Shown: positions 9,112 to 18,907, counted from the first letter of the stretch. The stretch is DNA of 64,000 nucleotides from Minisyncoccota bacterium (GCA_035546615.1 DASZWM010000006.1:1-64000), one strand, 5' to 3'. Notes: generated from the sequence alone by a model not told the origin. Program-made: numbers and translations.

Positions 9112-10491
9112 ATGACGGTCGGATTACGGGGGACGTTGGCGCTCTTTTTGCTTGCGGCAAGCGCGCTCATGTGCGCCGGCGCGGCGTACTCCCTGGCTGT
9201 TTCCGCGCCTTTGGCGCATGCCGACGAGCTGACGCCCGAGCAGAAGGCAAAGCTCCAGGCCGAATACGACCAGCTCCAGGTCGAGATAGCGCAGTGGCAG
9301 AAGGTGCTCGACGATACGCGCGCCAAAAAAGGGACGCTCCAGGGCGACGTGACGCTCTTGGACGCGCAGATAAAGAAGGCGGAGGCCGAAATAAAGCAGC
9401 GCACCGCCACCATCACCACGCTCGCAAGCGAGATACAGGAAAAGAACGCGCGCATCTCAAGCCTTGAGGACAGCATCGAGGCGGGCCATGAGTCGCTCGC
9501 GAAGCTCCTGCGGCAGAAAAATGACGCCGAGACGCGCTCGCTGGTCCTGCTCGCGTTCTCCTCGCAGAGCCTTTCGGATTTTTTCTCCGACGTCGACTCG
9601 ATAGACTCCATAGACCGGAACCTCCAGGACCAGTTCGCCGAGCTGCGCGATACCCGCAGCGAGACCGAGAAGGAGCGCGCCGCGCTGGATGCCAAAAAGA
9701 ATCAGGAGCTCGACGCCCAGCACGAGGTGCAGGCAAAAAAGACCGCCATTGCGAACGACCAGACGCAGAAGAAGGAGCTTTTGGCCGTTACCGCCACGCA
9801 GGAGAAGACCTACGCCCAGGTGCTTGCGGCAAACCAGGCGAAGGCCGCGGCGATACGCGCGGCCCTCTTCCCCCTGCGCGACGCGTCGGCGATACAGTTC
9901 GGCGACGCCCTTACGTACGCGCAGGCCGCACAGAAGAAGACCGGCGTCGACCCGGCGCTCGTGCTGGCTATCCTGACGCAAGAATCCAATCTCGGCACCA
10001 ATGTAGGGCAATGCTACCTGGTCAACGACGCGACGGGTGCCGGCAAGGGAAAGAACACCGGCACCCCGTTCGCCGCCACCATGAACCCGACGCGCGATGT
10101 GCCGCCTTTCCTCGCGCTTTCAAGGCAGCTCGGCTTCGACCCGCACGCCCAAGTGGTCTCGTGTCCCATCGCGAGCGCCGGCGGCTGGGGCGGCGCCATG
10201 GGTCCCGCGCAATTCATTCCGTCTACCTGGGCAGGGCTGGCGAGCCGCATCGCGGCCGCGCGGGGCGTCTCGGTCGCCAACCCCTGGGACCCGCAGGATG
10301 CTATTGCCGCTATGTCGATATTCCTCGGCGATTTGGGCGCGGGCGCGGGCGGCTACACAGCCGAGCGCACCGCCGCGGCGAAATATTACGCCGGAGGAGC
10401 ATGGGCGACCGCGGGGCAGACCTACGCGACGCAGGTTATGGCTAAGGTCGCGCAGATACAACAGAATATTGATTTCCTTACCAATAATTAG
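9112..10491 (+). CDS. Secreted/membrane-anchored coiled-coil protein with C-terminal lytic transglycosylase (SLT/lysozyme-like) domain
   Basis: Signal anchor; long heptad coiled coil; C-terminal ILTQESN ... GAMGPAQFIPSTW ... YYAGG (ES/GLMQ/AYNxG-like SLT motifs). Confidence 0.6.
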   Translation: MTVGLRGTLALFLLAASALMCAGAAYSLAVSAPLAHADELTPEQKAKLQAEYDQLQVEIAQWQKVLDDTRAKKGTLQGDVTLLDAQIKKAEAEIKQRTATITTLASEIQEKNARISSLEDSIEAGHESLAKLLRQKNDAETRSLVLLAFSSQSLSDFFSDVDSIDSIDRNLQDQFAELRDTRSETEKERAALDAKKNQELDAQHEVQAKKTAIANDQTQKKELLAVTATQEKTYAQVLAANQAKAAAIRAALFPLRDASAIQFGDALTYAQAAQKKTGVDPALVLAILTQESNLGTNVGQCYLVNDATGAGKGKNTGTPFAATMNPTRDVPPFLALSRQLGFDPHAQVVSCPIASAGGWGGAMGPAQFIPSTWAGLASRIAAARGVSVANPWDPQDAIAAMSIFLGDLGAGAGGYTAERTAAAKYYAGGAWATAGQTYATQVMAKVAQIQQNIDFLTNN

Positions 10492-10534
10492 CCGGGGATT
10501 TGCATAAGCCGCTCAAAAGTGCTATTGTATTGAT

Positions 10535-10762
10535 ATGAAAGCTGATACCCATCCGACATATTTCCCGGAGGCCAAGGTTACCTGCGCATGCGGGAATACC
10601 TTTACCGTGGGCTCCACGAAGGAGGATATCCGCGTGGAAATCTGCTCTAACTGCCACCCGTTCTACACCGGCAACGACAAGATTATGGACACCGCCGGCC
10701 GCGTTGAGAAGTTCAAGGCCCGCCGCGCAGCCGCATCGACCAAGACTCCCAAGTCGAAGTAG
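10535..10762 (+). CDS. rpmE: 50S ribosomal protein L31
   Basis: [11 protein letters not shown]..Cx[11 protein letters not shown] zinc-ribbon L31 signature; 75 aa. Confidence 0.92.
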   Translation: MKADTHPTYFPEAKVTCACGNTFTVGSTKEDIRVEICSNCHPFYTGNDKIMDTAGRVEKFKARRAAASTKTPKSK

Positions 10763-11737
10763 ATGGACCTGACCCCGTACAAGGAAAATCCCAAGACGGC
10801 CTTTCTGGCCCAGGAATATGAGCGTCTCCTCGCCGAGGAGATGGAGATTCGCGCCATAGACGACGCGGAGCTTCGCGACTTGGCGAAGGACGACATCGCG
10901 CGCATCGACGAGCAGAAAACCGCCCTCTTGGCCCAGATGGACAAGATACTCGATAGCGAGAAGGAAGAGGAGGAATTTCCGAACGAGATAATATTGGAAG
11001 TCCGCGCCGGCGTGGGCGGGGAAGAGGCCGCGCTCTTCGCCGAACAGCTCGCGCAAATGTACCGCGCCTACGCCGAAAGCGAGGGCTGGAACGTGCGCGT
11101 GCTTTCGGAATCGAAATCGGAGCTCGGCGGCTATAAGGAAGTGATGTTCGAGGTAAAGGGCCTCGGCGTCTACAAGCGCCTGCGCTACGAGACCGGCGTG
11201 CACCGCATCCAGCGCGTGCCCGCCACCGAGAAAAGCGGCCGCATCCACACCTCGACCGCGTCCGTGGCTATCATGCCCATCCGCAAGAAGCACAAGATAG
11301 AGGTGAATCCCGGCGACATCGACATGGAGTTCTCGCGCTCGGGAGGCGCCGGCGGCCAGAACGTCAACAAGGTCGAAACGGCCGTGCGCCTCATCCACCG
11401 CCCGACCGGCGTGGACGCGCGCTCGACCTCCGAGCGCAGCCAGGCCGCCAACCGCGAAAAGGCGATGGCAGTGCTCCTCGCCAAGCTCGAAGTGCTCGAG
11501 GAAGAGCGTACCCGCGCGAAGCTTTCAAGCGACCGCAAAGAGCAGATAGGCACCGGCGACCGCTCCGAGAAGATACGCACCTACAACAGCCTCCAGGACC
11601 GCGTTACCGACCACCGCATCAAGGAGTCGTGGCACAACCTGCCGGGCATCCTGGGGGGCAATCTCGCTCCCATACTGGACGCCCTTGAAACGGCGGCCCG
11701 GGCGGGGGTGCCTGTTGCAGAAGGGGCGGAAGAATGA
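10763..11737 (+). CDS. prfA: Peptide chain release factor 1
   Basis: GGQ motif ([11 protein letters not shown]); PAT tripeptide (RF1-type PxT); 324 aa. Confidence 0.88.
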   Translation: MDLTPYKENPKTAFLAQEYERLLAEEMEIRAIDDAELRDLAKDDIARIDEQKTALLAQMDKILDSEKEEEEFPNEIILEVRAGVGGEEAALFAEQLAQMYRAYAESEGWNVRVLSESKSELGGYKEVMFEVKGLGVYKRLRYETGVHRIQRVPATEKSGRIHTSTASVAIMPIRKKHKIEVNPGDIDMEFSRSGGAGGQNVNKVETAVRLIHRPTGVDARSTSERSQAANREKAMAVLLAKLEVLEEERTRAKLSSDRKEQIGTGDRSEKIRTYNSLQDRVTDHRIKESWHNLPGILGGNLAPILDALETAARAGVPVAEGAEE

Positions 11738-11759
11738 TATTCTTGAGCCTCGTTCACCC

Positions 11760-12494
11760 ATGGAGAAAGACCAGATCATAGAGAAGCTTTTTTCGGTTGG
11801 AGCCCACTTCGGCTACAGCCCTTCGCGCCGCCACCCTTCGACGGCGCCCTTTATCTATGGCTCCAAGGGCGGCACCGAGCTCTTCGACCTCGAAAAGACG
11901 GCCGGCTGCCTTGAGGGCGCGCTCGCGTTCGTAAAATCGCTCGCGCAAGAGCGCAAGGTCATCCTCTTCGTCGGCGGCAAGGCGGAGGCCCGCGGCGCGC
12001 TCAAGCGCGTCGCCGAGCGTCTTAATCTCCCGTACGTCGCATCCCGCTGGATAGGCGGCACCCTCACGAACTTCGGCGAGATCCGCAAGCGCCTCAACCG
12101 CCTGACCGAGCTTTCCGACATGCGCGAGAAGGGCGAGCTCGGCAAGTTCACCAAGCTTGAGCGCCTGCTCATCGACCGCGAGATAACGGAGCTTGACCTC
12201 ATGTTCGGAGGCCTGCGCGGCATGAACAAGCTCCCCGACGCCGTGGTCGTCATTGACCCGCGCCAGGAGGACGGCGTCGTCCGCGAGGCGCGCCAGTTCG
12301 GCATCCCGGTCATCGCGCTCCTCAACTCCGACTGCGACCGCTCTCTCATCACGTACCCCATTCCCGCCAACGACGCGTCGGTAGACAACATCACGTTCAT
12401 ACTCGACAAGATAGGCGAGGCATACGCGGACAATCTCGCTCCCGCGCCGACAGCCGCCCCCGCCGAGGCTCCCGCGCACGACGCGCGCGCATAA
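11760..12494 (+). CDS. rpsB: 30S ribosomal protein S2
   Basis: LFSVGAHFGYSPSRRHP...LEKT; start moved to internal ATG at 11760 (ORF upstream portion overlaps prfA). Confidence 0.88.
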   Translation: MEKDQIIEKLFSVGAHFGYSPSRRHPSTAPFIYGSKGGTELFDLEKTAGCLEGALAFVKSLAQERKVILFVGGKAEARGALKRVAERLNLPYVASRWIGGTLTNFGEIRKRLNRLTELSDMREKGELGKFTKLERLLIDREITELDLMFGGLRGMNKLPDAVVVIDPRQEDGVVREARQFGIPVIALLNSDCDRSLITYPIPANDASVDNITFILDKIGEAYADNLAPAPTAAPAEAPAHDARA

Positions 12495-12497
12495 CCT

Positions 12498-12953
12498 ATG
12501 GCAGTTTCCGCAGAGCAGGTAAAGACGCTTCGCGACCAGACCGGCGTCTCCATGATGGAGTGCAAGAAGGCGCTTGAAGCGGCCGACGGCGACATGGACA
12601 AGGCGCTCGCAATACTCAGCACCCGCAGCGTCGAGATAATGGCCAAGAAGGCCGACCGCACGCTTGCCGCCGGCGTCATTTCTTCCTACATACACATCAC
12701 GGGGCAGGTCGGGGCGATGGTGGCCCTTTCCTGCGAGACCGACTTCGTCGCCAAGAACGAGGAATTCGTGGCGCTTGCGCGCGACATCGCGATGCATGCG
12801 GCCGCCATGCGCCCCGAGAGCGTCGAGGCGCTCCTCGCCCAGCCGTTCATCAAGGACGCGGAGAAGACCGTTACCGATCTCATATCGGCGGCAACGCAGA
12901 AATTCGGCGAGCGCATCGAAATAGGCTCGCTTTCGGTAGCCTCGATAGGGTAG
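12498..12953 (+). CDS. tsf: Elongation factor Ts (short form)
   Basis: VKTLRDQTGVSMMECKKALEAADGDMDKA UBA-like N-terminus; only 151 aa. Confidence 0.85.
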   Translation: MAVSAEQVKTLRDQTGVSMMECKKALEAADGDMDKALAILSTRSVEIMAKKADRTLAAGVISSYIHITGQVGAMVALSCETDFVAKNEEFVALARDIAMHAAAMRPESVEALLAQPFIKDAEKTVTDLISAATQKFGERIEIGSLSVASIG

Positions 12954-12995
12954 GCAGAGGCTCAAAGGGCTTTGCTATACTAAGAGGATACTCCT

Positions 12996-13412
12996 ATGGC
13001 GTCTTTCCTCACCATAACCCTCGTCGTTTCCGCATCCGGGCTTATTCTCATGCTTGCCCTTAAGTGCTACGAGATGCGGCGCGGCCGGCTTATCCTCGCC
13101 TCTGTCCGGCCCAAAGTCGGCGGCGCGGCGCACAACGCGGTCATGTTCATAGAGTCCGTTCTGCCCGCGCTCTTCCTGCGCGGCGCGCGCGGGCTCGTGG
13201 CCGGCGCGCGGGGCCTCGCGCGCCGGATCGTGGCCCGCAGCATAGTGCTCTTCGAGCGCCTGCTGCATAAGATGCTCGTGTTCATGCACGACATGACGCG
13301 CCCGCCGCAGGCCGGCGGCCCGGCTTCGGCCTTCCTCCAGGAGGTAGCGGAGCACAAGCGCGCGCTTCAGAAGCGCGCGCCGGGAAAGCGCATGATCCTG
13401 GACGACAATTAG
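12996..13412 (+). CDS. Hypothetical membrane protein
   Basis: ORF with N-terminal TM; Arg-rich; no recognisable motif. Confidence 0.3.
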   Translation: MASFLTITLVVSASGLILMLALKCYEMRRGRLILASVRPKVGGAAHNAVMFIESVLPALFLRGARGLVAGARGLARRIVARSIVLFERLLHKMLVFMHDMTRPPQAGGPASAFLQEVAEHKRALQKRAPGKRMILDDN

Positions 13413-13422
13413 CCCGCAGCGT

Positions 13423-13495
13423 GCCGGAGTAGCTCAGTTGGTAGAGCGCCGCTTTTGTAAAGCGAGGGTCGTCGGTTCAAGCCCGACCTCCGGCT
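13423..13495 (+). tRNA. tRNA-Thr (anticodon UGU), CCA not encoded
   Basis: Cloverleaf by hand: acceptor GCCGGAG/CTCCGGC, D arm GCTC-AGTTGGTA-GAGC, anticodon stem CCGCT/AGCGA with loop TTTGTAA (anticodon TGT), T arm GTCGG-TTCAAGC-CCGAC, discriminator T. Confidence 0.85.
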
Positions 13496-13561
13496 CAAGT
13501 AAAATTCCTCGTTTAGGCAATGCTATACTTTTTGCATACCCATTAATATCGGTACGCATAT

Positions 13562-14011
13562 ATGAATCAGCCCGAACGAGCGCCGCATCTGAGAGGCCCT
13601 ATAACGCCCCGGCAGATGGAAGATCCGGCCATAGCACTGGAAGACCTTACCCTTGCCCTTAAGAACGGAAGCCCGGAGAGCGTATATAAGACCGTTACCG
13701 AAAAGGCGGAGTATGGCGCTATAACTCCCGAAATCCGCGATGCCGTAAGCCATCTCGCGGAAGAATGGGTTATTGGCATGTTCGGGCCCTCATCCGGCGC
13801 GACTCCGTATGACGAGGAGTCCATTGGAAAGATACTCAAAACCGTACAGCGGCTGGAGGAAATTCAGCTCCTCAAGAAGGGGCAGCTTGCGGAAAGTCAG
13901 GAATTTGCGGATGCCGCCGCCGCTCGGCTTCAGGAATATGAGGCAAATGCTTTTTTAAGCTCGCTTGAAGCGTTCAAGAAATTTCTCTCCGCTGTAGGCC
14001 TCCAGCCCTAG
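13562..14011 (+). CDS. Hypothetical protein
   Basis: ORF downstream of an AT-rich promoter-like region following the tRNA; no motif recognised. Confidence 0.4.
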   Translation: MNQPERAPHLRGPITPRQMEDPAIALEDLTLALKNGSPESVYKTVTEKAEYGAITPEIRDAVSHLAEEWVIGMFGPSSGATPYDEESIGKILKTVQRLEEIQLLKKGQLAESQEFADAAAARLQEYEANAFLSSLEAFKKFLSAVGLQP

Positions 14012-14697
14012 CGCGTAGAGGTCGCGGCCTTTGTGGTGGCTCCGGTGGTCGTTGCCAGGGTCTTGAGTTCCGGTATCAGCTTCTCCATCTCGTCGAGGCT
14101 TTTGAAGCCGTATACAGGCGCGCGCGTTCCGGCGATGAACGCCGGCAGCTGTCCGTCCACCTTCCGCAGGGCGATCAGGGTCTGGAGCGCGGAAAGGTCG
14201 AGGTTGTAGTCAAAGGAATATACGCGCAGCTCGGGGTACGTCTGGCGCAGGTAGGTAAGCACGTCGCCCATGCGCCCGCAGTCGGGGCAATCGCCGGTGT
14301 TCGAGTAGAAATACAGCACTGCAACGGGCTTCGTCTTGCACTTGGCGGTTATCTGCTGCATCAGAAGGTAATCCTTTATCTCAAGCAGGGAGTACTGCTT
14401 CTTGAGCTGTATCACCTCCGCGTTGTCGGAGCCCAGGCGATTCTCGGTGAAGGAAAGCCGGTCGGCCAGGCCGTTGAGCTCATCGGTCAGTATCGGGTGG
14501 GCCGAGAGCGTCTCGCAGTCTAGGTTTCCGAGGAGCTCGAACTGCACTTCGGAGGACAGCAGGTCGATCGAAATGGCTTCGCCGGTGGCGCGTATGTCGG
14601 CCACCCGCGTGGAGTCGATGCGGGAGGCGATATAAAAAGCCGTGCCGAAAATGGCTGCGGTTATCGCGAACGCGACTACATAGCGGTTCAAGTTCAT
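14008..14697 (-). CDS. Membrane-anchored CxxC-motif protein (thioredoxin-like?)
   Basis: Start set at internal Met (MNLNRYVV) 4 nt after the GT2 stop; N-terminal TM; CPDC motif. Confidence 0.45.
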   Translation of the reverse strand: MNLNRYVVAFAITAAIFGTAFYIASRIDSTRVADIRATGEAISIDLLSSEVQFELLGNLDCETLSAHPILTDELNGLADRLSFTENRLGSDNAEVIQLKKQYSLLEIKDYLLMQQITAKCKTKPVAVLYFYSNTGDCPDCGRMGDVLTYLRQTYPELRVYSFDYNLDLSALQTLIALRKVDGQLPAFIAGTRAPVYGFKSLDEMEKLIPELKTLATTTGATTKAATSTR

Positions 14698-14701
14698 AGG
14701 G

Positions 14702-15937
14702 TTATACCAGCCAGCCGGTCTCCTTGGCGCGCAGCGTGTCCCAGGTCGCGCGCGCGAGCCAGAGCGGCGCAACCAGCCCGAAGAGCGCGAAGTACGTGAC
14801 GAGGGAGGTTGCGGAAATCCGGCTCCCCGCGATGCGGCTGCCGACCACGACCGCCACAAGCGTCAGGCCGGTCACCGCGATAACGAGGAAGGAGAGCATG
14901 CTGGTATCGAGGTAGAACCACTCAAAGTGAGGCAGATGGAATTGGGGCGGGATGCCGGTTACCCAGAAATCGATGCCGCGGGCCAGGAGCATCTTCACGA
15001 TGCCGTACAGGCCCCATGCGGCGGTGTAGAGGCCGCCGACGAACGCCAGCAGGCCGAAGGGGAGCGCGAACAGGCCAAGGTGGCCGAATCGCGGATTGAA
15101 GTACATATAGTAATAGTCCCGCGAGTTCTCAAGGAAGCCGCGCGACCACCGCACGCGCTGGCGCACGAGCCCGCCTATCGTGGTCGGGACCTTCGTTTCT
15201 ACCACCGCGGTGTGCGCGTTGGCGATTACCATGCGGTTGGCATGCAGGCGGAAGGCCATTTCCATGTCCTCAGTGTGATGCGCATGGCGGAAGAGGCCTA
15301 TCTTCTCAAATACGTCGCGGCGGTAGAAGGAGAACGGCCCCGGCAGGACGTTTATGGCCGAAAGGTTGTCGAACATCTTGCGGTAGAACACGCCGAATAT
15401 ATATTCCACCGACTGCATGCGCTCCAGGAGCGTTCGCGGCTCAAATACTTTCATGGCCGGCGTCACCGCCATGATGTTGGGGTCGCTCTCGAACTTCTTT
15501 ACCATCTCGATAAGCGCGTCGGGCGCCACGAACGAGTCGGCATCAAGGCATCCGACCAGCTCGCTGTCGGTATGCTTGAGGCCGAAGTTGAGCGCAGAGA
15601 ATTTGCTGCCCTCGTTCTCTTTGGCGAGTATGCGCACCTGCGCGTGCCCGGCGAATTCTTGCGCGGCCGCCAGCGTGCCGTCGGTCGAGCCGTCGTCGAT
15701 TATCAAAATAGAGAGCCGGTCGGCGGGGTACTCAAGCGCGAGGAGCGAATGCATGGTCGCTCCCAAAGTCTTTGCCTTGTTCCAGCAGGGCACCAAAATA
15801 GCCACGCTCGGGTAGCGTGCGGGCATCGCGGCGGTCTTCGCGTGCGGCCGCTTTTCGAGGAAGGAAATCAGCAGAAATACCTCGAAATACAGCCCCATGA
15901 ACAAGCATATATACATGCCTATAGCCCCTACTTCCAT
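14702..15937 (-). CDS. Processive family-2 glycosyltransferase (NodC/PgaC/cellulose-synthase-like), integral membrane
   Basis: DDGSTDGT, DAD, and QRVRWSRG (Q-x-x-RW) motifs; multiple TM segments. Confidence 0.8.
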   Translation of the reverse strand: MEVGAIGMYICLFMGLYFEVFLLISFLEKRPHAKTAAMPARYPSVAILVPCWNKAKTLGATMHSLLALEYPADRLSILIIDDGSTDGTLAAAQEFAGHAQVRILAKENEGSKFSALNFGLKHTDSELVGCLDADSFVAPDALIEMVKKFESDPNIMAVTPAMKVFEPRTLLERMQSVEYIFGVFYRKMFDNLSAINVLPGPFSFYRRDVFEKIGLFRHAHHTEDMEMAFRLHANRMVIANAHTAVVETKVPTTIGGLVRQRVRWSRGFLENSRDYYYMYFNPRFGHLGLFALPFGLLAFVGGLYTAAWGLYGIVKMLLARGIDFWVTGIPPQFHLPHFEWFYLDTSMLSFLVIAVTGLTLVAVVVGSRIAGSRISATSLVTYFALFGLVAPLWLARATWDTLRAKETGWLV

Positions 15938-15965
15938 GATGGAAAGTATAGCATTTTAGGGCTTT

Positions 15966-16727
15966 TTGAGCGATACTTTACGAATCCGTATGTCAGACAC
16001 GCCTACCGGCCACATCCATCCGATTTCAAGCCTTATCCGCGAGGCAAACCGCATATTTGCGGGCATGGGATTCTCCTTCGCCGAGGGCCCGCTCCTGGAG
16101 ACAGAATGGTACAACTTCGACGCGCTCAACGTGCCGAAGGACCATCCCGCGCGCGACATGCAGGACACCTTTTTTATAAAGGACGCGCCGGGCCACGTAT
16201 TGCGCACGCACACCTCGCCTGTCCAGGTGCGCTATATGGAAGCGCAGGCGAAGAAGGGCATCATGCCGCCGTATCGCATCATCGTGCCGGGCCGCGCGTT
16301 CCGCAACGAGGCGACCGACATGACGCACGAGGCCGAGTTCTTCCAGATAGAAGGGCTGGCGGTCGGGCCTGACATCACGCTTGGCAATCTCAAGGGCACG
16401 CTCGAGCAATTCTTCAAGGAATTATTCAAAGGCTCGGTCGAAGTGCGCTTCCGCCCGAGCTTCTTCCCGTTCGTCGAGCCGGGAGTCGAGGTTGATATGC
16501 GCCTGAGCGGCAATGACGTGCCCGAAAAGCTCAAGGATAAGTGGATAGAGATAATGGGCGCCGGCATGGTGCATCCGAATGTGCTAAAGAGCGCTGGGGT
16601 AGATCCGGTTCAGTACCGCGGTTTCGCCTTCGGCATGGGCCTCGACCGCCTCGCGATGCTCCGGTGGGGCATCGACGATATCCGCCTCATGCACTCCGCC
16701 GACCTGCGCTTCATCAATCAATTCTAG
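15966..16727 (+). CDS. pheS: Phenylalanyl-tRNA synthetase alpha subunit, catalytic core only (N-terminal coiled-coil arm absent)
   Basis: Class II core motifs (DHPARDMQDTFF; FRNEATDMTHEAEFFQIEG; GMGLDRLAML); 253 aa. Confidence 0.88.
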   Translation: MSDTLRIRMSDTPTGHIHPISSLIREANRIFAGMGFSFAEGPLLETEWYNFDALNVPKDHPARDMQDTFFIKDAPGHVLRTHTSPVQVRYMEAQAKKGIMPPYRIIVPGRAFRNEATDMTHEAEFFQIEGLAVGPDITLGNLKGTLEQFFKELFKGSVEVRFRPSFFPFVEPGVEVDMRLSGNDVPEKLKDKWIEIMGAGMVHPNVLKSAGVDPVQYRGFAFGMGLDRLAMLRWGIDDIRLMHSADLRFINQF

Positions 16728-16729
16728 AT

Positions 16730-17029
16730 ATGTGGAATATTGATTGGAGCTTAATAGGAATCGTAGGTCTTGCAGTAGCCACTATGTCTATTGCTATTAA
16801 GATTATCGGAGTACCTGACCAGATAAAAAGGAATTATCGTCGCAAATCAACGGAAGGAGTTTCTCTTTTATTCTATGTAATGTCTTTTGCCACTTATTTT
16901 CTCTGGGCATTATATGGATTTTTAAAAGATGATTGGGTTGTGTTTCTCGCTCAAGGTTCTTTAGGCTGTGTCACAAGTGGCATCATTCTTTGGCAATTTT
17001 TTGTGTATAGAAAAAACAAAAAGATATGA
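16730..17029 (+). CDS. SemiSWEET / PQ-loop family small transporter (AT-rich insert in pheST operon)
   Basis: 99 aa, 3 TM; architecture and motifs parallel to SemiSWEETs (…IGVPDQIKRNYRRKSTEGVSLLFYVM…LWALYGFLKDD…); stop overlaps pheT start (ATGA). Confidence 0.6.
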   Translation: MWNIDWSLIGIVGLAVATMSIAIKIIGVPDQIKRNYRRKSTEGVSLLFYVMSFATYFLWALYGFLKDDWVVFLAQGSLGCVTSGIILWQFFVYRKNKKI

Positions 17030-18849
17030 AAATCTCGCGCCGCTGGATTCAAAACTTTTTCAATGACGAACTGTCGAACACGCAGGCGCTTGCCGACGCG
17101 CTTACGTTCCACGCCTTCGAGATAGACGGCATCGAGCCGTATTCTGGACTTACGAAGTCCAGAATTTTGGACGAGATACTGGACGTTAAGGTTACCCCTA
17201 ACCGCGGGCACGATTGCCTGTGTCACCGCGGCATCGCAAAAGAACTTTCAGCCATTCTTAAGCTTCCGCTTAAGCAAGACCCGCTCGGCAAGAAGCCGGA
17301 GCTTGTCCCAGCTACCGATGCCGTTTCCGTAACGCTTGAGGACCCGGCGCTTAGCCCGCGCTACATCGCCGGATACATGAAGAACGTGAAGGTCGGTCCG
17401 TCGCCTGACTGGCTTGTAGAGGCCCTTGAAGCCATGGGCCAGCGCTCAATCAACAATGTCGTTGATGCGACGAACATGGTGATGTTCAATCTCGGCCAGC
17501 CCTTGCACGCCTTTGACGCGGGCAAGCTCGCGCAGAAAGACGGCAAATATGGCATCGTCGTCCGCAGGGCGCGTGCGGGAGAGAAGATCCTCGCGCTCGA
17601 CCAGAAAGAGTATGTCCTTCAGGATTCCATGCTCGTTATTGCCGACGGCAACAAGGACGAAGCTATCGGCATCGCCGGCGTGAAGGGCGGCACGCCGGCG
17701 GGCATTACCGAAGCGACGACCGACATCATCATCGAGTCCGCCAACTTCAACGGCGTGTCCGTCCGTAAGACCGCCCAGGCGCTGAAGCTGCGCACCGACG
17801 CGTCCAGCCGCTTTGAGCAGGGCCTCAGCCCCGAGCTGTGCGCATACGGCATGCAGCAGGTCGTTGATCTCATAAAAACAATCGCAAGCGGGGAACTGGT
17901 CGGCTTTGCCGATGTATATCCGGCGCCCCAAGGGCCCGCCTATGCTGCAGTATCGGTAGAGAAGGTCAATCAGATACTGGGTACTCAGCTCACCGGCACG
18001 GAGGTGGCGGACGCTTTTGCGCGCCTCGGCTTCGCATACAAAGAAGAGAATGGAGTATTCCAGGTCACGGTCCCGTTCGAGCGCCTCGACATAACGATCC
18101 CGGAAGATTTGGTCGAGGAGGTCGGCCGCATCGTCGGCTACGACAAGGTACCCGCTGTGCCTCTGCCTCCCATGCCCCCCTCTTCCCAAGCAAGCGCGAG
18201 CTTCTCGGCGACAGAGCGCGTCCGCGCGGATCTCATAAAGCAGGGATATTCGGAAGTTCTTACGTCCGTATTTTCAGACAAGGGCGAGCGCGCGGTGTTA
18301 AATAAAGTGGACAGCGTAAAGCCGTATTTGCGCAGCAATCTCACCGATGGACTTACCGAAGCTCTGAAAAAGAACATTCCGAACAAAGACCTGCTTGGAC
18401 TTAAGGAAGTAAAGCTGTTCGAGATAGGAACTGTCTGGAAAGGTGATAAGGAGGAAGTAGTGGTCGGCACCGTAAGCGAAAAGAAGCAGGCCGAAGAAAA
18501 AGCGCTGAGCGAATATGCGGCTGATTCGGCTCCTGTACAAGACCTGCCGCTTTCGCAAACGGAGCGGTACCAGTCATTCTCCAAGTATCCCTACATCGTG
18601 CGCGATATCGCTATGTGGACTCCTGCACGTACGACGCCCGAATCGGTTCAGGAACTTATACAGGCTGAGGCGGGGGAGTTGTGCACAAAAGTATCGCTCT
18701 TCGACCAGTTCCAAAAAGGAGAAAAGACTTCGCTCGCGTTCCGCCTAATATTCCAATCATTTGAAAAGACGCTCACGGAAGGGGATGCAAACCAGGCGAT
18801 GGAAAAGGTAGCGGCAAAACTGAAAGAAAAAGGCTTCGAGATCAGGTAA
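17026..18849 (+). CDS. pheT: Phenylalanyl-tRNA synthetase beta subunit (short, 607 aa)
   Basis: N-terminal tRNA-binding (VTPNRGHDCL), B5 domain, C-terminal FSKYPYIVRDIAMW anticodon-binding region. Confidence 0.88.
   Translation: MKISRRWIQNFFNDELSNTQALADALTFHAFEIDGIEPYSGLTKSRILDEILDVKVTPNRGHDCLCHRGIAKELSAILKLPLKQDPLGKKPELVPATDAVSVTLEDPALSPRYIAGYMKNVKVGPSPDWLVEALEAMGQRSINNVVDATNMVMFNLGQPLHAFDAGKLAQKDGKYGIVVRRARAGEKILALDQKEYVLQDSMLVIADGNKDEAIGIAGVKGGTPAGITEATTDIIIESANFNGVSVRKTAQALKLRTDASSRFEQGLSPELCAYGMQQVVDLIKTIASGELVGFADVYPAPQGPAYAAVSVEKVNQILGTQLTGTEVADAFARLGFAYKEENGVFQVTVPFERLDITIPEDLVEEVGRIVGYDKVPAVPLPPMPPSSQASASFSATERVRADLIKQGYSEVLTSVFSDKGERAVLNKVDSVKPYLRSNLTDGLTEALKKNIPNKDLLGLKEVKLFEIGTVWKGDKEEVVVGTVSEKKQAEEKALSEYAADSAPVQDLPLSQTERYQSFSKYPYIVRDIAMWTPARTTPESVQELIQAEAGELCTKVSLFDQFQKGEKTSLAFRLIFQSFEKTLTEGDANQAMEKVAAKLKEKGFEIR
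17141..17165. repeat. 25-nt perfect palindrome ATTCTGGACTTACGAAGTCCAGAAT inside pheT (codes YSGLTKSRI)
   Basis: Read directly; same core recurs at 43719 and 27626. Confidence 0.9.
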
Positions 18850-18858
18850 AAAGAAATC

Positions 18859-18884
18859 AGGCCGGCCCCGAAGGGGCCGGCCTG
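18859..18884. terminator. Bidirectional hairpin CAGGCCGGCCCC-gaag-GGGGCCGGCCTG between convergent pheT and a minus-strand gene
   Basis: Perfect 12-bp GC stem; a second 8-bp hairpin follows. Confidence 0.55.
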
Positions 18885-18907
18885 AACACTTGCCTGAACG
18901 CGGGTGT

